DNA of 63,861 nucleotides, counting the filler, from Choristocarpus tenellus KU-1152 (Eukaryota > Protista > Phaeophyceae): the NCBI GenBank assembly GCA_964200185.2. It is 13 parts of 13 records of this genome, joined end to end, with 100 filler letters (N's around TTAATTAATTAA, not from the genome) between each part and the next. Parts side by side here need not be neighbours in the genome. Positions count along the whole stretch, not along the records: positions 1 to 8,170 come from CAXNAD020005054.1; positions 8,271 to 13,109 come from CAXNAD020012853.1; 11 more parts are not named here. One strand, 5' to 3'. Made by a program: the position numbers and the translations under genes. The notes under the pieces were generated by a model, which saw nothing but the letters and a program-made list of their open reading frames with translations, did not search any database and was not told the DNA's origin. Shown here in pieces: positions 1 through 12,420 of this stretch. Numbering within the stretch: position 1 is the stretch's first letter; each line of letters starts with the position of its first letter.

Positions 1-50
<50 letters not shown>
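1..50. repeat. Poly-G run at contig start
   Basis: 50 consecutive G; either a sequencing artefact or the G-tract of a MITE-B end. Confidence 0.8.
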
Positions 51-52
<2 letters not shown>

Positions 53-169
53 AATCGGTTGGCTCTTGTTTTGTGATTGTTTGTAACCCTGTTTTTGAGG
101 GTTAGGGTTATTATCTCATACACGGGATTGATTTTTTTTTGTTTCTACTGCCTCACGCATTGCGAATTT

Positions 170-171
<2 letters not shown>

Positions 172-221
<50 letters not shown>
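172..221. repeat. (TG)n microsatellite
   Basis: Directly visible; it generates the spurious CVCVCV ORF. Confidence 0.95.
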
Positions 222-225
<4 letters not shown>

Positions 226-597
226 CGTGCATTTTTTTTTCTGACCCATTACGTTTATTTGCTCGTGGAGTTTCTTGTCTCTTTTCTTACGTACAGGTCT
301 TGCAGGTCACACTAATTAAAAATAATAATAATAATATTAATACAAAAAAAAATCGAAAAAGAGAAAAAATATTTTTTTTAAAGATGAGGATGCAATTCAT
401 TCTACATCAAGAGAATTAAAAAAAAAAGTGTAGAAAGCTACTGAAGTAAAAACAAAAACACCTGGCACAACTGAAGAAACAATGGAAATTTACTGCTAGC
501 CAATGGATGCATGGGTGAGAATATGGGGTAAATTGGTTAAATCCGTTGGAAGATATACCTCGGGAAGGTCTATGTATATATATATACTACATAGTAT

Positions 598-635
<38 letters not shown>

Positions 636-1256
636 GGGTAAACTTGGACTTTTGGTCTCTTCCTAGCATGAATGGAATAATGTTGCCTACCTTGATCCTC
701 CCGCAGTGCTAATTTCCCCGCAGTAACTGTCTTGTAACTGTCTTGTACGTAGCGTGTGAAAAGATATCTGATTGGTCAGTTTTCCATGACGTCAAGTTTT
801 GTCATAACTTAGGGATCGAGATTGGTGTTGCATAACTAGACACTGCTGTGCCGAAGTGTGCCTGGGGTCATCATACTGCACCTTTTGTGTCCAGAGTTTT
901 TGACAGGCATGGGGGTGGGGGGCACATGTTTAACAATGATCAGTATTTGTGTAACTGCAACAGCAACAGGAAGGGATGGATGGCGCCAAAAAGTGTGTGG
1001 GGCTTTAAGTGGGGGTTTTGAAACGCGATTACACCTCAGTATGTGTTTTGGTAAGTTTGAGAGGGGTGGTGGTTAGACCCAAGCAATAGCGGAATGAATT
1101 GCCCATCTTGTTTTTTTTTTGCTCTACTACTGTACGGTTCTCTAACCCTAACCCTATGAATGACATCTACCTTGGAAGTTTCGCCTCACACTTGCCATTG
1201 ACTTTTTTTTCTGTTATTGATGGGGTAATGTGTTGGGAACGGGGACTGAACACAAG

Positions 1257-4200
1257 GTGGTGAACATCAAAGATGCATATAAGGATCCCCGTTTCAACAA
1301 GACTGTCGACACTGAAACTGGTTTCAAGACCAATGCCATCTTGGCCATGCCTATCAGACTAGCTGAGAACGAACGGTGAGGAAAGGGTCATCCTATTGAC
1401 AGTGCTTGATTGCAAGTTGGGAGGGTATTACAGGGGTCTTGGATTTTTTTGAAGTTTGGGTGAATAGGTGAATAGACCATTTCCTAGAGTATTTTCAGCG
1501 ACCTAGACATGGGGACCCAATTACCACTCATCTCTAGGAGTATTTAGTTATTGTATCAATGGTTAGGGCTATTCTTTCGGGTTTGGACCCTAGGTTCCTG
1601 AATATGTGCAACGGCTGATACGTACTGTGCACTGTAGTGCTATGGAGTCCTGTGGCAGGACATTTGTTTTCTTGAAATATTAAGAGCTATACGTGCCTCT
1701 TCTTGGTATGTACAACATTTATAGCTCGATGCCGACGTTTTTTTCCTGTAGTGCTCCCATGTTAGAGAGTATTGATCTCCTTTTTGAGACACCTCTTCTC
1801 TCCCTTTTGCAGTCTTTGACTGTATTGGCAAGATTGAGAAGCGTCGAGAGGGGATATCACTCGTAAGTGCACAGTATTTTGAAACTTCTAAATCCCTCGG
1901 GGGTGGGGGTTGGAAACATCATTGCCGTCTCAAAGTACAGTGACTGTTGTGGTTAGAAGCGTGTCTTACAGGGGAGTAAAACATGGAAGATGTAAGAGTC
2001 GGCGGAATGGTAGTACTGTAACTATTGTGAAAGATCATGATGATTGTGAACAGATGCATATATGTATATACAAGGTACCATTGGTGCTATACCTATGTCT
2101 TGTCACTATACCTTATTGTGTCAAACCAATCTGCCAATCCCACGATATCTGGTTGGCAGGAATCTCTGATTTATCCTAAAAAAATCTACCCGCCACTGGC
2201 TCTTTGGCTGTACTTACTTGCTTCCCTGATGTCTGAAGAGGAAGTACACATTTGATCTAAAAAAGGACAGGGAGGGGGGGGAGCACTTGTCCTCCATCTA
2301 GAGTGGGTATGGTAGGAAAGAAGTATAGCATCAAAGCGTTTGAATGAGATTGAAAAGGCTTGTGTGTACCATTGTGTGCAAACAGCGAATGATTGCCTTG
2401 ACGTGGGTATTTTGTGAGCATGCCGAAAGGAGAGAGGTTGGTAGCACAATTTGTAGTTAATTCTCATTTGATGGATCCATGAGTGACGTACGTGTCACAA
2501 CAAGAACATAATGCAACTCCAGAGTACTTCCTAAAAATTGGAGAGTTGAAAGTGGTCTACTTTGTCCCTCTATGCTCATACTCGTCTTGGTATGAGTTCA
2601 TTTTTTTATGCCCACGGAAATGTCCCACAAAGACCTTTTAGAGATATGCTGCTGCATATAGATATATAATGGTATGTCCTTGCCTCTCTGCCGTCCTCCT
2701 TCTGCCTGGCACCTCCGCGTTCCCCTCAAAGAGTAATTGGGGTAGTACAGCTCATCAACAAGAACACTGAGCCGGCAGAGTCCTTTGAGCGGATGGGGTG
2801 GGATGACAGCAGCGTCGATGGGGGGAGTGACCGGAGTGAGAGCAATGTGTCAGGCCAAGGGAGGTTTACGGGAGGCCAGGGAACCTTCTGTGATCAAGAT
2901 GTAACGGTTCTCGGAGCTTTCCTTCAGATTATTGGCCCCTTGGTGTACAATAGTACCCTCGTGCAAAGGTCCAGAAGCATCAATGTGAGACCCGTGCCAA
3001 TACAACTGGATTTCTCTTTCTTCCTCCTGCCCTAGTCAGATTGCAGTGCACACTAGACCCTGTAGACACTGGAATCAAGCAGCAGCATGCAACTGCCATA
3101 CTTGGACTCCCCTCTCACTACATAGTACTGAAGGAGCAATTGAGGGAGACTGAGCTCCGTCCCAGGGCAGCTTTAACTTTAGTCACTGTATCAAAGCAGT
3201 AACTGTGTATGCAACATCCTCTCTGACAAGCAATCCGATCACCACAGAATGAAGAGATTGATAGGTGAAAATAGACGAGGGAGTCATGGTGATGCGCTCT
3301 TTGCAATGGAACAAAGGACCCCTCTTGTACTCCACAGTCACCCTGCCTGACTTGTCTCCTACCCATTAAATACAGTGCCTGCATGTTGAATTGTTACCAA
3401 TAAGGTGTTTCCTGGACTAGGTGAGGGATGAATAGATTCATACGGTAGATCTTGAGTCATGTTGAAACCATGAAACGTGGGAGCAGGCAGAGTTGTGTAG
3501 GGGGTTTTTTATATTATTTGTTCAGAGGACTCAAGAGATGGGCATTGACCCTATCCTTACAGCTTCTTTTTTTTGGGGGGGGGGAGGGTTGTACTTCAAG
3601 TTCTTATCTCGTCTGCAAATGATCAAACTCCTTGAAAAACGTTTGACAGTAGAATGCCATCCCTCCACAGTGTTTATTCTTCATCGCCTACCACATTGAA
3701 AACATAGCACTTTCTCCTCTTCCCCTCCAACTTTCCTTTTGCAATCCGTTTTTTTTTTTTCATTGCAACCCCTTCAAATGGAGGAATACTATCAGTTGTA
3801 TGGGGGTGGGACAACAAAAAGAACAATTATATCGCGCATTTCCACCACCACTACTCTCCGCCCGAGTGCTGCTACTGCACAAAACAGCACCGCCTTAGCA
3901 AGACTTTCAGTAACACTTCTGCCTCCCCACCGCCCTGTGGAAAACAACCGTTTTTTGTCCCCGGGCATTGCTGCATTGCAGGGTATTCGTACAGGGGAAA
4001 GCACACGCGGGGGTGACGATGCGTTCCCGAAAAAGTTGTCTGTAGGATCGGGCAGTATGAAGTCCCTGGCATCACTCCAAATTATCGTGGATGGAGAGGC
4101 TGCAGAAGAGGAGGAAGAAGAGGAGGCAGATCAGATTTCAGGGAGGGAGGGCAGCAGGCTGTGGGAGGGGGATTGGGCAGGTGAAGAGGATGCGGGCAAA

Positions 4201-4386
4201 GAGGACCCTGTGGTGGAAGGTGGAGTGGGTCAAGAGATCCTTGTACTGAAAGATGGCATGGATAACGGGAGTCTTGCACTGGAAGATGATGTGGACAAGG
4301 ACTCTGTGTTGGAAGATGGAGTGGATAAGGAGGACAATGTGTTAGAAGACGGAGTGGACAAAGAGGAGGACCCGGCAGTGGTCTAG
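1257..4386 (+). CDS. GAF-domain protein (PDE/cyclase-type GAF), 3' part; exons 1257-1375, 2732-2984, 3796-4386
   Basis: Spliced translation [50 protein letters not shown]...[11 protein letters not shown] contains the GAF motifs DAY.DPRFN..VD..TG..T..IL.MPI and VIGV.QLINK...F...D. AG/GT boundaries keep the frame (CG|A = Arg). The last exon encodes an acidic low-complexity tail ending at TAG 4384-4386. The 5' exons were not identified. Confidence 0.85.
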
Positions 4387-5583
4387 GAGGGTCAAGGGCA
4401 AGAATATGACATGAGGGGAGACATGTTGGTCGAAAAAGAAATAGATTAAAAATGTATTTTAAGGGGCGAAACGTGCCTACCTTTTTGAGAACAGTTAGTT
4501 CTCATATAGAAATATTGTAAGAGGGACATAAATGCTTTGTTGCAGCATTGTTGGAAGAATCGAAAAGTGGTGAGAGCGATGTAGTCATGGTGTCTGAGTG
4601 GTCGATTGGCACCCTACTTTCTTGGGAACCTCCTGGGACAAGTGAATGCACGAGATAGAGCAGACATGGTTATGAAGATGATGGCAGAGGCGATCTCTGC
4701 TCACAAATATCCTGTCGCACACCATGGACTGCTTGGGGTGGTGCGGAAGTTGTTATTTTGTGATGGTGATATTGGGAATGGATACAGTACATGATATTCT
4801 TATCGATAGGAGAGAGAATAAAAAACAAAAGGTGCTCTCAAGATCTGACTGTCCCAAGGCATGGGAGAGGATTCTATTATGTGGCAGTAGATATCCACCC
4901 CTTTATTGTGTGTCGAGAGGGGCAGGATTGTTTCGAGTAGTGTCTTGGTGCAGAATATGCGGTGTTAATATTTGAGTGCAAAGTGTTTGCCAAGACAACT
5001 AGGGTGCCACTATGTCAGACTACCGGATCTCTATGGCAAGGTAGTACCTTACTACTTTACGCCTTTGACCACTTATCATCATATGCATAATACACAGTAG
5101 TATTTTATTGTGTATTTGAGTGACATAACTAGGACCTAATCCACGCAATTTGGGGATATAGTAATATCGGACATATACATACACATAGCAGAGTGATGCC
5201 CTGCCACCAACACCAATCACCTACCATAGAGGGAGATTAGACTGGACAGTTGAAACAAAAAATGTGGCGCAAGTTAACACTTAGCACTCAAATAATAATA
5301 GTGGTACCTCAATGGTTGACAGAATCAGAGACCATGGGATTGAATCCTGGCTGAAGAGTGAATGGCAGGATAAACATGGACTGGGGAGGTCAAGGTAACA
5401 GGATCAAATGAAACCATCAGCAAATATTAAGATGGAACAGTTTGGGGAGTACGTGGGATGGCCTACATATCACACTAGGTAGAGACCTGGGCTCTGGTTT
5501 TGTTAAGATATTGAGTTACACTTGTTACGGTAATGCAATGAAATCTCAATATACAACTATCTTGGAAACATGAAGTTCTCAAC

Positions 5584-5855
5584 TCCTGACCCATACTATG
5601 AAGCATCAAACATCTTCTCAAATCACTTGAAATTGGAAAACTGAAGCAATCTCTGTCTCTCCCCTGAGCAGTATGTATTTAGCCAAACCAATTGAGAAAC
5701 CCCAATAAACAAATGTCTTCGTAACAGGAGGTTCTCGACTCCTGAACCATACTATGAAACATCAACATTTTTCTCAGATCACTTAAAACTAGAAAACTGA
5801 AGCAAACCCTGTCCCTCTCCTGAACAGCATGTATTGAGTCAAACCAATTGAGAGA
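5584..5855. repeat. Diverged direct duplication, about 115-bp unit in two copies about 156 bp apart
   Basis: tcctgacccatactatgaagcatcaa...ccaaaccaattgaga (5584-5697) matches tcctgaaccatactatgaaacatcaa...tcaaaccaattgaga (5740-5853). Confidence 0.85.
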
Positions 5856-7365
5856 TGGCAGGTTTGGATCCCTTTGCATTCTAGGTCATCTTTCTTACCC
5901 TGTATAACCCACTCTTCATAATTGCATTATGTACACAATAGTGCAAACTAGATATTCCCCCTTCTTTCCGCGCACAGAGTGACACAGCAATTAAGCAAAG
6001 GCTGTTTCTGTAATTGCACAGAAGGACAACTTTTTGACCTTGCTCGGGATCCTCAAAATGCAATCCTGCCTACCTCTTCATTGATTTGACTTACTTGGAG
6101 TATTGGATGTACTGAGTACAAGGCAACAGAATTATTAATACAATCTAATAGAAGTGGAAGAACGTAAGAAATATGTATGTATATATACTAAATATGTGTG
6201 TGGAAACTTCTGGTTTTGATTTGAATCGAAAGGGTCGGTGCAAGGATAACAAGAGTATAAATACACACACATACACATACACAATCACACAGCTCTTATC
6301 ACAGCATCAGTGTGGCTCATTATGAAGACAAGACAAGAACTGTCGAGCAGTGTAGACGAAGAAGAGATGCAGCTAAATCGGCACACACAACACAACACGG
6401 GAGGGATACTGTGTACCATGGACAAAGGTAGGTCCAACTCAATTTTCAACCAGGCTCACAACAAGTTCGAGGCCAGAACCACGAGCTACATTTAGACACT
6501 TAGACCATCTTGTTCAGAGTAAGAGTACTTGTACTGCCTTTTTGTTCTGTACTTCATGGAAGCAAACAAAGCAGAGAGGGTGACAAAGTGGTCCCTCACC
6601 CTCATCCTCATCTCATCTCGGACTTGTTCAAGTAACGACATGTCACAACTGTACTACTGGGGGCAGTGAGTCAGTTGCATGACCTACTGCCCCAGTGCCA
6701 CAGCAGAGGCATTTCAATAATTGACAGATGGTTTACTATTGTGCAAAACTACAGTAGCCTTTTCAAATTAAATTCACAAAAAGAGTCACTGAACTGAATC
6801 CTTATTAATGCGTACATTAACAATACCCAACCCACCTCCGGCGAGCACAGAGACACTCTTCAATCTACCCAATCAAATACACCCTGTCAGATCAGAGGAA
6901 ACTTCATTCAGGAGTGACCACTATACAACAAACAAAATTTTAAAAAAGAGGGCAAACCCTACCAAGCTACCTCCTATAAATTATCCGTCTTTCAGCTGCG
7001 GAGTAGACTCCATGCACAGCTGCACCAACCAGACCCATCCCAGAGAGTGATGGAAGAGAGGAAAAAGATAGCAACTTAATCACAATTCAAAAGAAATATT
7101 TCCCAACCAGTCCGGCGAGAACAGAGGTGATTACCGCCTGAATATCCCGAGCAAAAACCCACACAGAGTTTGAACCGAGGTAGTTTCCAGCAGGAAGGAG
7201 GATGAGTCACATCATGTGTGGGGAGAGCAATGGTGGGTGAGGGCAGGGTCAAATCAGGGGAGAATATATTTTTGTTTGTTCGTTTTTATTACTTCACATA
7301 CTATTTTGTTTCTCTCAAGACATAGTGATCGTAGGTATGGCTATAGAGGAGAGGGAGACATAGAG

Positions 7366-7370
<5 letters not shown>

Positions 7371-7403
<33 letters not shown>
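7371..7403. repeat. (GA)n microsatellite
   Basis: Directly visible. Confidence 0.95.
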
Positions 7404-7407
<4 letters not shown>

Positions 7408-8082
7408 TGAAAAGGGAAAGAACTGTGTCAGAAGAAAAGATGGAAAGCACACAGAGGAACAAAGGGTTAGGTTGGCCTCGAGGAGTAGCCATCCGTTCCA
7501 AAAAACATCGGCACGAGTCGGAAGGCACCATTCCTGGGGCAAGAACAAAGAATAGATTCAAGGTTCACTCAATGGAGCCTCCACTCTCTCAAATACAAGT
7601 TAGGGAGCACAACAACAGCAGCAAAAAAAGTAAGAACAGCGAGAATCGAACCACTGATGGGCACACCCCTCATCCCTTTCCTACAATCTATACGGCCCCA
7701 GTACCAGTGCTAAGGAGGCATGAACACGGTGAGTTCTTGCGTAATGTGAGTGTAATCCAACAGCATTTTTAGCTTCCACCGTGACATACGAGTTGTACAT
7801 CTCTAGCAAGTTTCTCAGCAGCTGTCTCCTGTACAACAGCAGTAGTAGTGGAAAGTAAATATTCTAACACAAATCAGAAGCCCCAAAATAAAAAATAAAA
7901 AATAAAAAATAAAAAAGTGGAGAGAGAAACAAGCCACGGACAGGTACACATCCCTAGACTTCAAAGCACACGCTAGCACCACTGCAAAAGGAGGTATAGG
8001 AAACGGCAAGTACCATGAAGTGTCAATTACAATCAGTTGCAAAGTACCTGGCCTCCACTGCCACGAACGAATTGTACCACTT

Positions 8083-8170
8083 GGCTCAAAGTATCTGGGG
8101 GGGGGGGGGGGGGGGGGGGGGGGACCCGAGGTTCCCTCCCTGCCCGGCGAAGGGGAAAATAAAATTTTAT
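8083..8170. mobile_element. MITE family B end, truncated by contig end
   Basis: GGCTCAAAGTATCT followed by a G-run, as in the full copies at 40343 and 59484. Confidence 0.75.
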
Positions 8171-8270
8171 NNNNNNNNNNNNNNNNNNNNNNNNNNNNNN
8201 NNNNNNNNNNNNNNTTAATTAATTAANNNNNNNNNNNNNNNNNNNNNNNNNNNNNNNNNNNNNNNNNNNN
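8171..8270. other. Artificial contig spacer (N-TTAATTAATTAA-N); the same spacer occurs at 13110-13209, 15772-15871, 18561-18660, 25090-25189, 30951-31050, 35451-35550, 38616-38715, 41721-41820, 45124-45223, 51306-51405 and 57433-57532
   Basis: Identical 100-nt layout each time, with a palindromic linker that has stops in all six frames. Confidence 0.97.
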
Positions 8271-10019
8271 CCCCCCCACACACACAGAGAGATACTTTGA
8301 GCCTTTTTCATGCATACTGTAGTTCATCACAGGTGGGGAGCATGTTGAAATGAGGTTTAATCTCGCTACGTATCGTGCCAGTGCTCACATACACTCTGTT
8401 GGCATTCTAAGGCAGATGAAGACCAGAAAACTATCCTACTCTGTACCTGACCCACTCTGTCCTTGCAGTACTGGTGAGTTAAAGAGATTAGAAATAGATC
8501 CAGAAATGTTTGGTCACTAATGGTACATTTGAGTCATCTCACCAATTCTCCTGTCTCTTCTTGTTTTTCAAAGACTGCGTACGGATAAGCCTGAGGACAC
8601 CAATACTTGGATACATCCCACAACCAGCTCCCATTGCTCATCAAGAAAGAGAGCCTAATGTTGAAGTATTCCATGCTGTAACTGGGGTTAAGATGATCAA
8701 TCGGGTGCCTTGGTAGAGGATAATGGTCGTTGGACTGAATATATAATGTTAATGCTACAAGGGGCTTATGGTCTCAAATCCGTTGACGGAACTTATTGGG
8801 TGAGGCTGGTGTAGACTACAACGTCCACATGGATAACCAGAACAAAATCCTATCACTCGATCACAAGTATCAACATGATACATGAACGGACAATCATTTC
8901 CCGGGTTCCTACAATATATGAACCAGAGGTAGAGCTAAGCTGAAAATATATGGAAACACATCACTGACTATACCTTTCCTAATCCACTCCTCCAGTGGTG
9001 TCTACAGTGCATTAGTAGTATTTTCCACGAATAGCTAATGACAACAAACGATTATTGAAAGTCAGTGTTTGTCGAAATACATCATCTTTATACTCCAAAA
9101 TTACCCAAAACATCTATGTTGGATCGTTTCGAAGTGGAAACAGGATTGCTTCTCCAACGGACACAGATAAAGAATATAGATACAAAAGAAAAATCAGCCT
9201 TCTCCAACCCGAAATGAAGTACCTGAGACGACTCGAGTCAATGGGCATCTCAACGCAAAACCTTCACCATGTGCTTTCTACATTTGTCTTCTCGTTAAGA
9301 AATTAGATTTTGAATTGTAAAGATCAACATTTTAAATCTTGCATACACATCTCCCGCGCATATCAATAGCAAGCACTTGCCTTGTACAAGAGAAAAAATG
9401 CATAAAATGTGTTGAAATCAAATCGGATATAAGAACTATTCATTCCTTATTCCAAACGACCTCAATATGCATCAGCATATACAAATTCCTCAAACTCAGC
9501 CAATCCATTCCCAGTCACCCTAGACATGAAGCCAAGGACTCTGTCAACGTGTACCAGAGATTACAGCATGATATGGAGCATCATTCCAGTCCTCTGCATC
9601 GACATTACAGAGAAACATAGCTTTCCTCTTCTTCGGAATCTGGGTGTCTTCCACCTGCAGTGTCTGCCCTGGCGATCTCCTTGCTCTCACCGAACCCCTT
9701 CAGGATAGCATCGTGGATATAGCAATAATTATCCACGACAATCAAGTTCACCTTCTCAACAGTTTAAGGCGCGCTGATATTGGATCTACTCTTTTTTTTC
9801 AGGTAAAATGTCAGCACAGAGAGGACAAGACTAATGCTTGGTGGTTACTTGAACAGACTTTGGTGAACATTTCCAAGGTCATCGCCAATCCACGGAAGCA
9901 CATGTGTGTGTCTATATGAGAAAAAATGTGTCGTACAAAACACGGGTTCTTCCACAGTATATAGAGGGGTCGATAATGGGGCAATCCCGTGTTGAGGCAA
10001 CAAATATTTTGAAGCCCCC

Positions 10020-10180
10020 GGATCAAAGTATCTGGGCGAGGTGACGGCTGTCCATTTGGGGCCAATATTTTAATGTCGTGATTTTTGGGTGATTTGTTTG
10101 CATATGTTGGATGGATATTGTACGAGCACTTTTCCTGATTATGGACCAAATGGACACTCTGGTGCAGATCCCCCCCCCGT
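10020..10180 (+). mobile_element. MITE family B copy, degenerate right end
   Basis: ggatcaaagtatctgggcg...ggctgtccatttggggcc...ggaccaaatggacactctggtgcagatccccccc matches the other family B copies. Confidence 0.8.
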
Positions 10181-11179
10181 AGCACACACAAAGCGAACAA
10201 CTGTTACAGGCGCCCCAGAAAGCTTACCTCCCCAGGATGTATAGCTCCAACCCATGGTCGTATAGATGATGCCGATGTACGTATAGGACTCCTGATGCAC
10301 AAGTCATCAAGTATGCTGGATCTCTCACATGGATTATCGTCATTATCGTCATATAAAGAAAGGAACTGGTCTCGATGTCTTATCACAATACAATCGGAGA
10401 CCATAATGACCAAATAATAAATAAATAATCAAGATCTACGGATATATATCAAATCTAGAACTTCAATGTCATAATGGTATCTATGAAACTGCCATCAAGA
10501 CATATCACCTGTGACACAACCTACCGCATGCAGGATGCACGAAGACAGTGGAAGGAGCAAATCATCCAATGGAAAAAGGGGTGTACAAACCACACCGTTC
10601 TTGTTCTTCTGCCTGTGTATACACACGCAGAGACTCCTCGTGTATCAAATATTTAGTCGACCGTGCATACATGAGTATTTATTAATATATGCTCATTTAT
10701 TGGTGATATGATGTGTTAGTAAAATTGGGGGCGTAAAATATAGAAGTGCAGGTTACATAATGGCATTATCTGGGCGGTAGGAAGACAACGGGGTTGGTGT
10801 GACAAGGCTTAATGCGCGTTGAAGTAATTTTGAAGGGAAAAGTAGAGTGTAATTTGGAGGTGTAAAGGTTTGTTCAATATATTGGATGTAAATATATACT
10901 AGATATAGTCAAAAATGTGTAGACCGATTGAATTATGCCAATTGCCAGTATGCCTCTGGTACAGAAGCAAGCAAGAATATGCTGTAGATCCGGAGCAGTT
11001 AAGAAGGTGTGAGTTTTGCCCCGTTTGTCCGTTCGGGGCTTGGCTTCCTACGAGTATTTCATGCATTTTTCAGTTTTCTGTGTGAACACAGTTACCTAAA
11101 ATGTGTATCGTGGTTCCAATAGGTTATGTCTCTGGGGTTGTTCCATCAGAACGTTTGATATAGACATCGGATTTTAAAA

Positions 11180-12420
11180 AATAAAAGCATATTCGTGATG
11201 CCCGTCACAATTCCCTCCAGAGTACGGGCTTCGTTTGTTATCGCCATTTTTTTATATTTTGAAGAAAGACCGCTCATATTGGGGTTCGAACCCTGGATTG
11301 TAGGTCACCAAGAGTGGTGGCAACAGAAACACTATTAATTGGTTAAAGTATAGGGCTTAGGTGGGAAAAAAAGCCTCTCCAACCTTTCTTCCTGTGTGTT
11401 CGCACACCCACTCTTTGACCTCGGCAAGGATGTCCTCGTCAAGGCCCAGAACGAAACGACCCTCGTAGCGCCCTTGCTCCGAGAACTTGATGTGGCCTTT
11501 AGTTAGGAAGTTTCTCTCCCATTTACTCACAGTTTACTTCTGACCTGACCATCGCATATCCTGCTGCCATCTCAAGTGCCGTTTGGCGGTCTTTTTCGTC
11601 GTTCATACACAGGTACAGGATTCGCGGTGTTAGAGCCTTTACTATCACATTTCCTCGTTTAGCGCCAGAAATGGGCATCGTCCATGTTTCCTGGGCGGGT
11701 GATATTTTATCATCTAGGCTCGAGGGCGAGGGGGGACCGGCTTGAGTTGATCAAAAATTGTGTTGATTTCTCGAATGAATGCAGGATGGGGAGTAACCCT
11801 TAACCAACTTTATACGTCCAACCCTAAGTACAGGAACAAAAGTGAATGTACGACATCTTGCAATACCTTTTACATCATACCACCAGTATGCAAATAGTCT
11901 CAATCTCGCCTCCTCTTCTTCCCTGGCATCCTCATCGATGGCTACCTCCACCTGCTTCTTGGCCTCTTAGAAGTAAAGGATTTGGTGGTAGCGAAACATC
12001 CCCACGGCTGCAAGTGTTACAATCGATTTCTCCTTCGCCTTGCGATCACTTTCAACCTTCTTTCGGGCTTCAGAGCCCTTGTAGCCCAATCCTAAGACCT
12101 TCTTTCTCGTCGTTTCCTTAAGCCTCTGACTCTCTAGCTTCCAAACAGTCAGGGCCTGCTGCAACTGTCAACTACTAAAGATATTCTACATCCAGGTTTT
12201 TGCTTAGGCGTTTCCTGAGCGCAATGGCACACTGTCGCACTGCTCTCCTCCCCAACCTTCCCTTTGGCCGGTCGCCATGACCAGGCTTCCTCACAGACCT
12301 CGTCACTGTACCACCTGGTGATGCACTCGCCGCTCTCTTCCTGCTTTCCCGAGGCGGCAGAGACTGCGGAGCAGTGCTCCATATCGATTGAAGACCCAAC
12401 CACGTTTGTGTGGTAATGTT
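11180..12420 (-). pseudogene. Decayed DNA-transposase-like remnant (family uncertain)
   Basis: Minus-strand fragments FLTKGHIKFSEQGRYEGRFVLGLDEDILAEVKEWVCEH (about 11510-11395) and G.CDGHHE (about 11200) resemble the N-terminal S.QG.H...DED....WLR and DGH segments of a eukaryotic transposase group. Many stops and frameshifts; recognised from memory only. Confidence 0.3.

Noticed and set aside
171-419. Low-complexity ORFs (CVCVCV, YIYIYI, RERERE, VRVRVR, MYVCMYV) here and at 503, 7216-7561, 16737, 17375-17752 and 36557
   Set aside because: Translations of microsatellites or telomere-like tracts, not proteins.
7407-7772. 121-aa ORF following the (GA)n tract
   Set aside because: No recognisable domain and it starts at a GTG within a microsatellite flank; cannot be supported as coding.
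8171-8270. Recurrent TTAATTAATTAA palindrome flanked by Ns
   Set aside because: Artificial contig-joining linker; gene neighbourhoods across it are not real.
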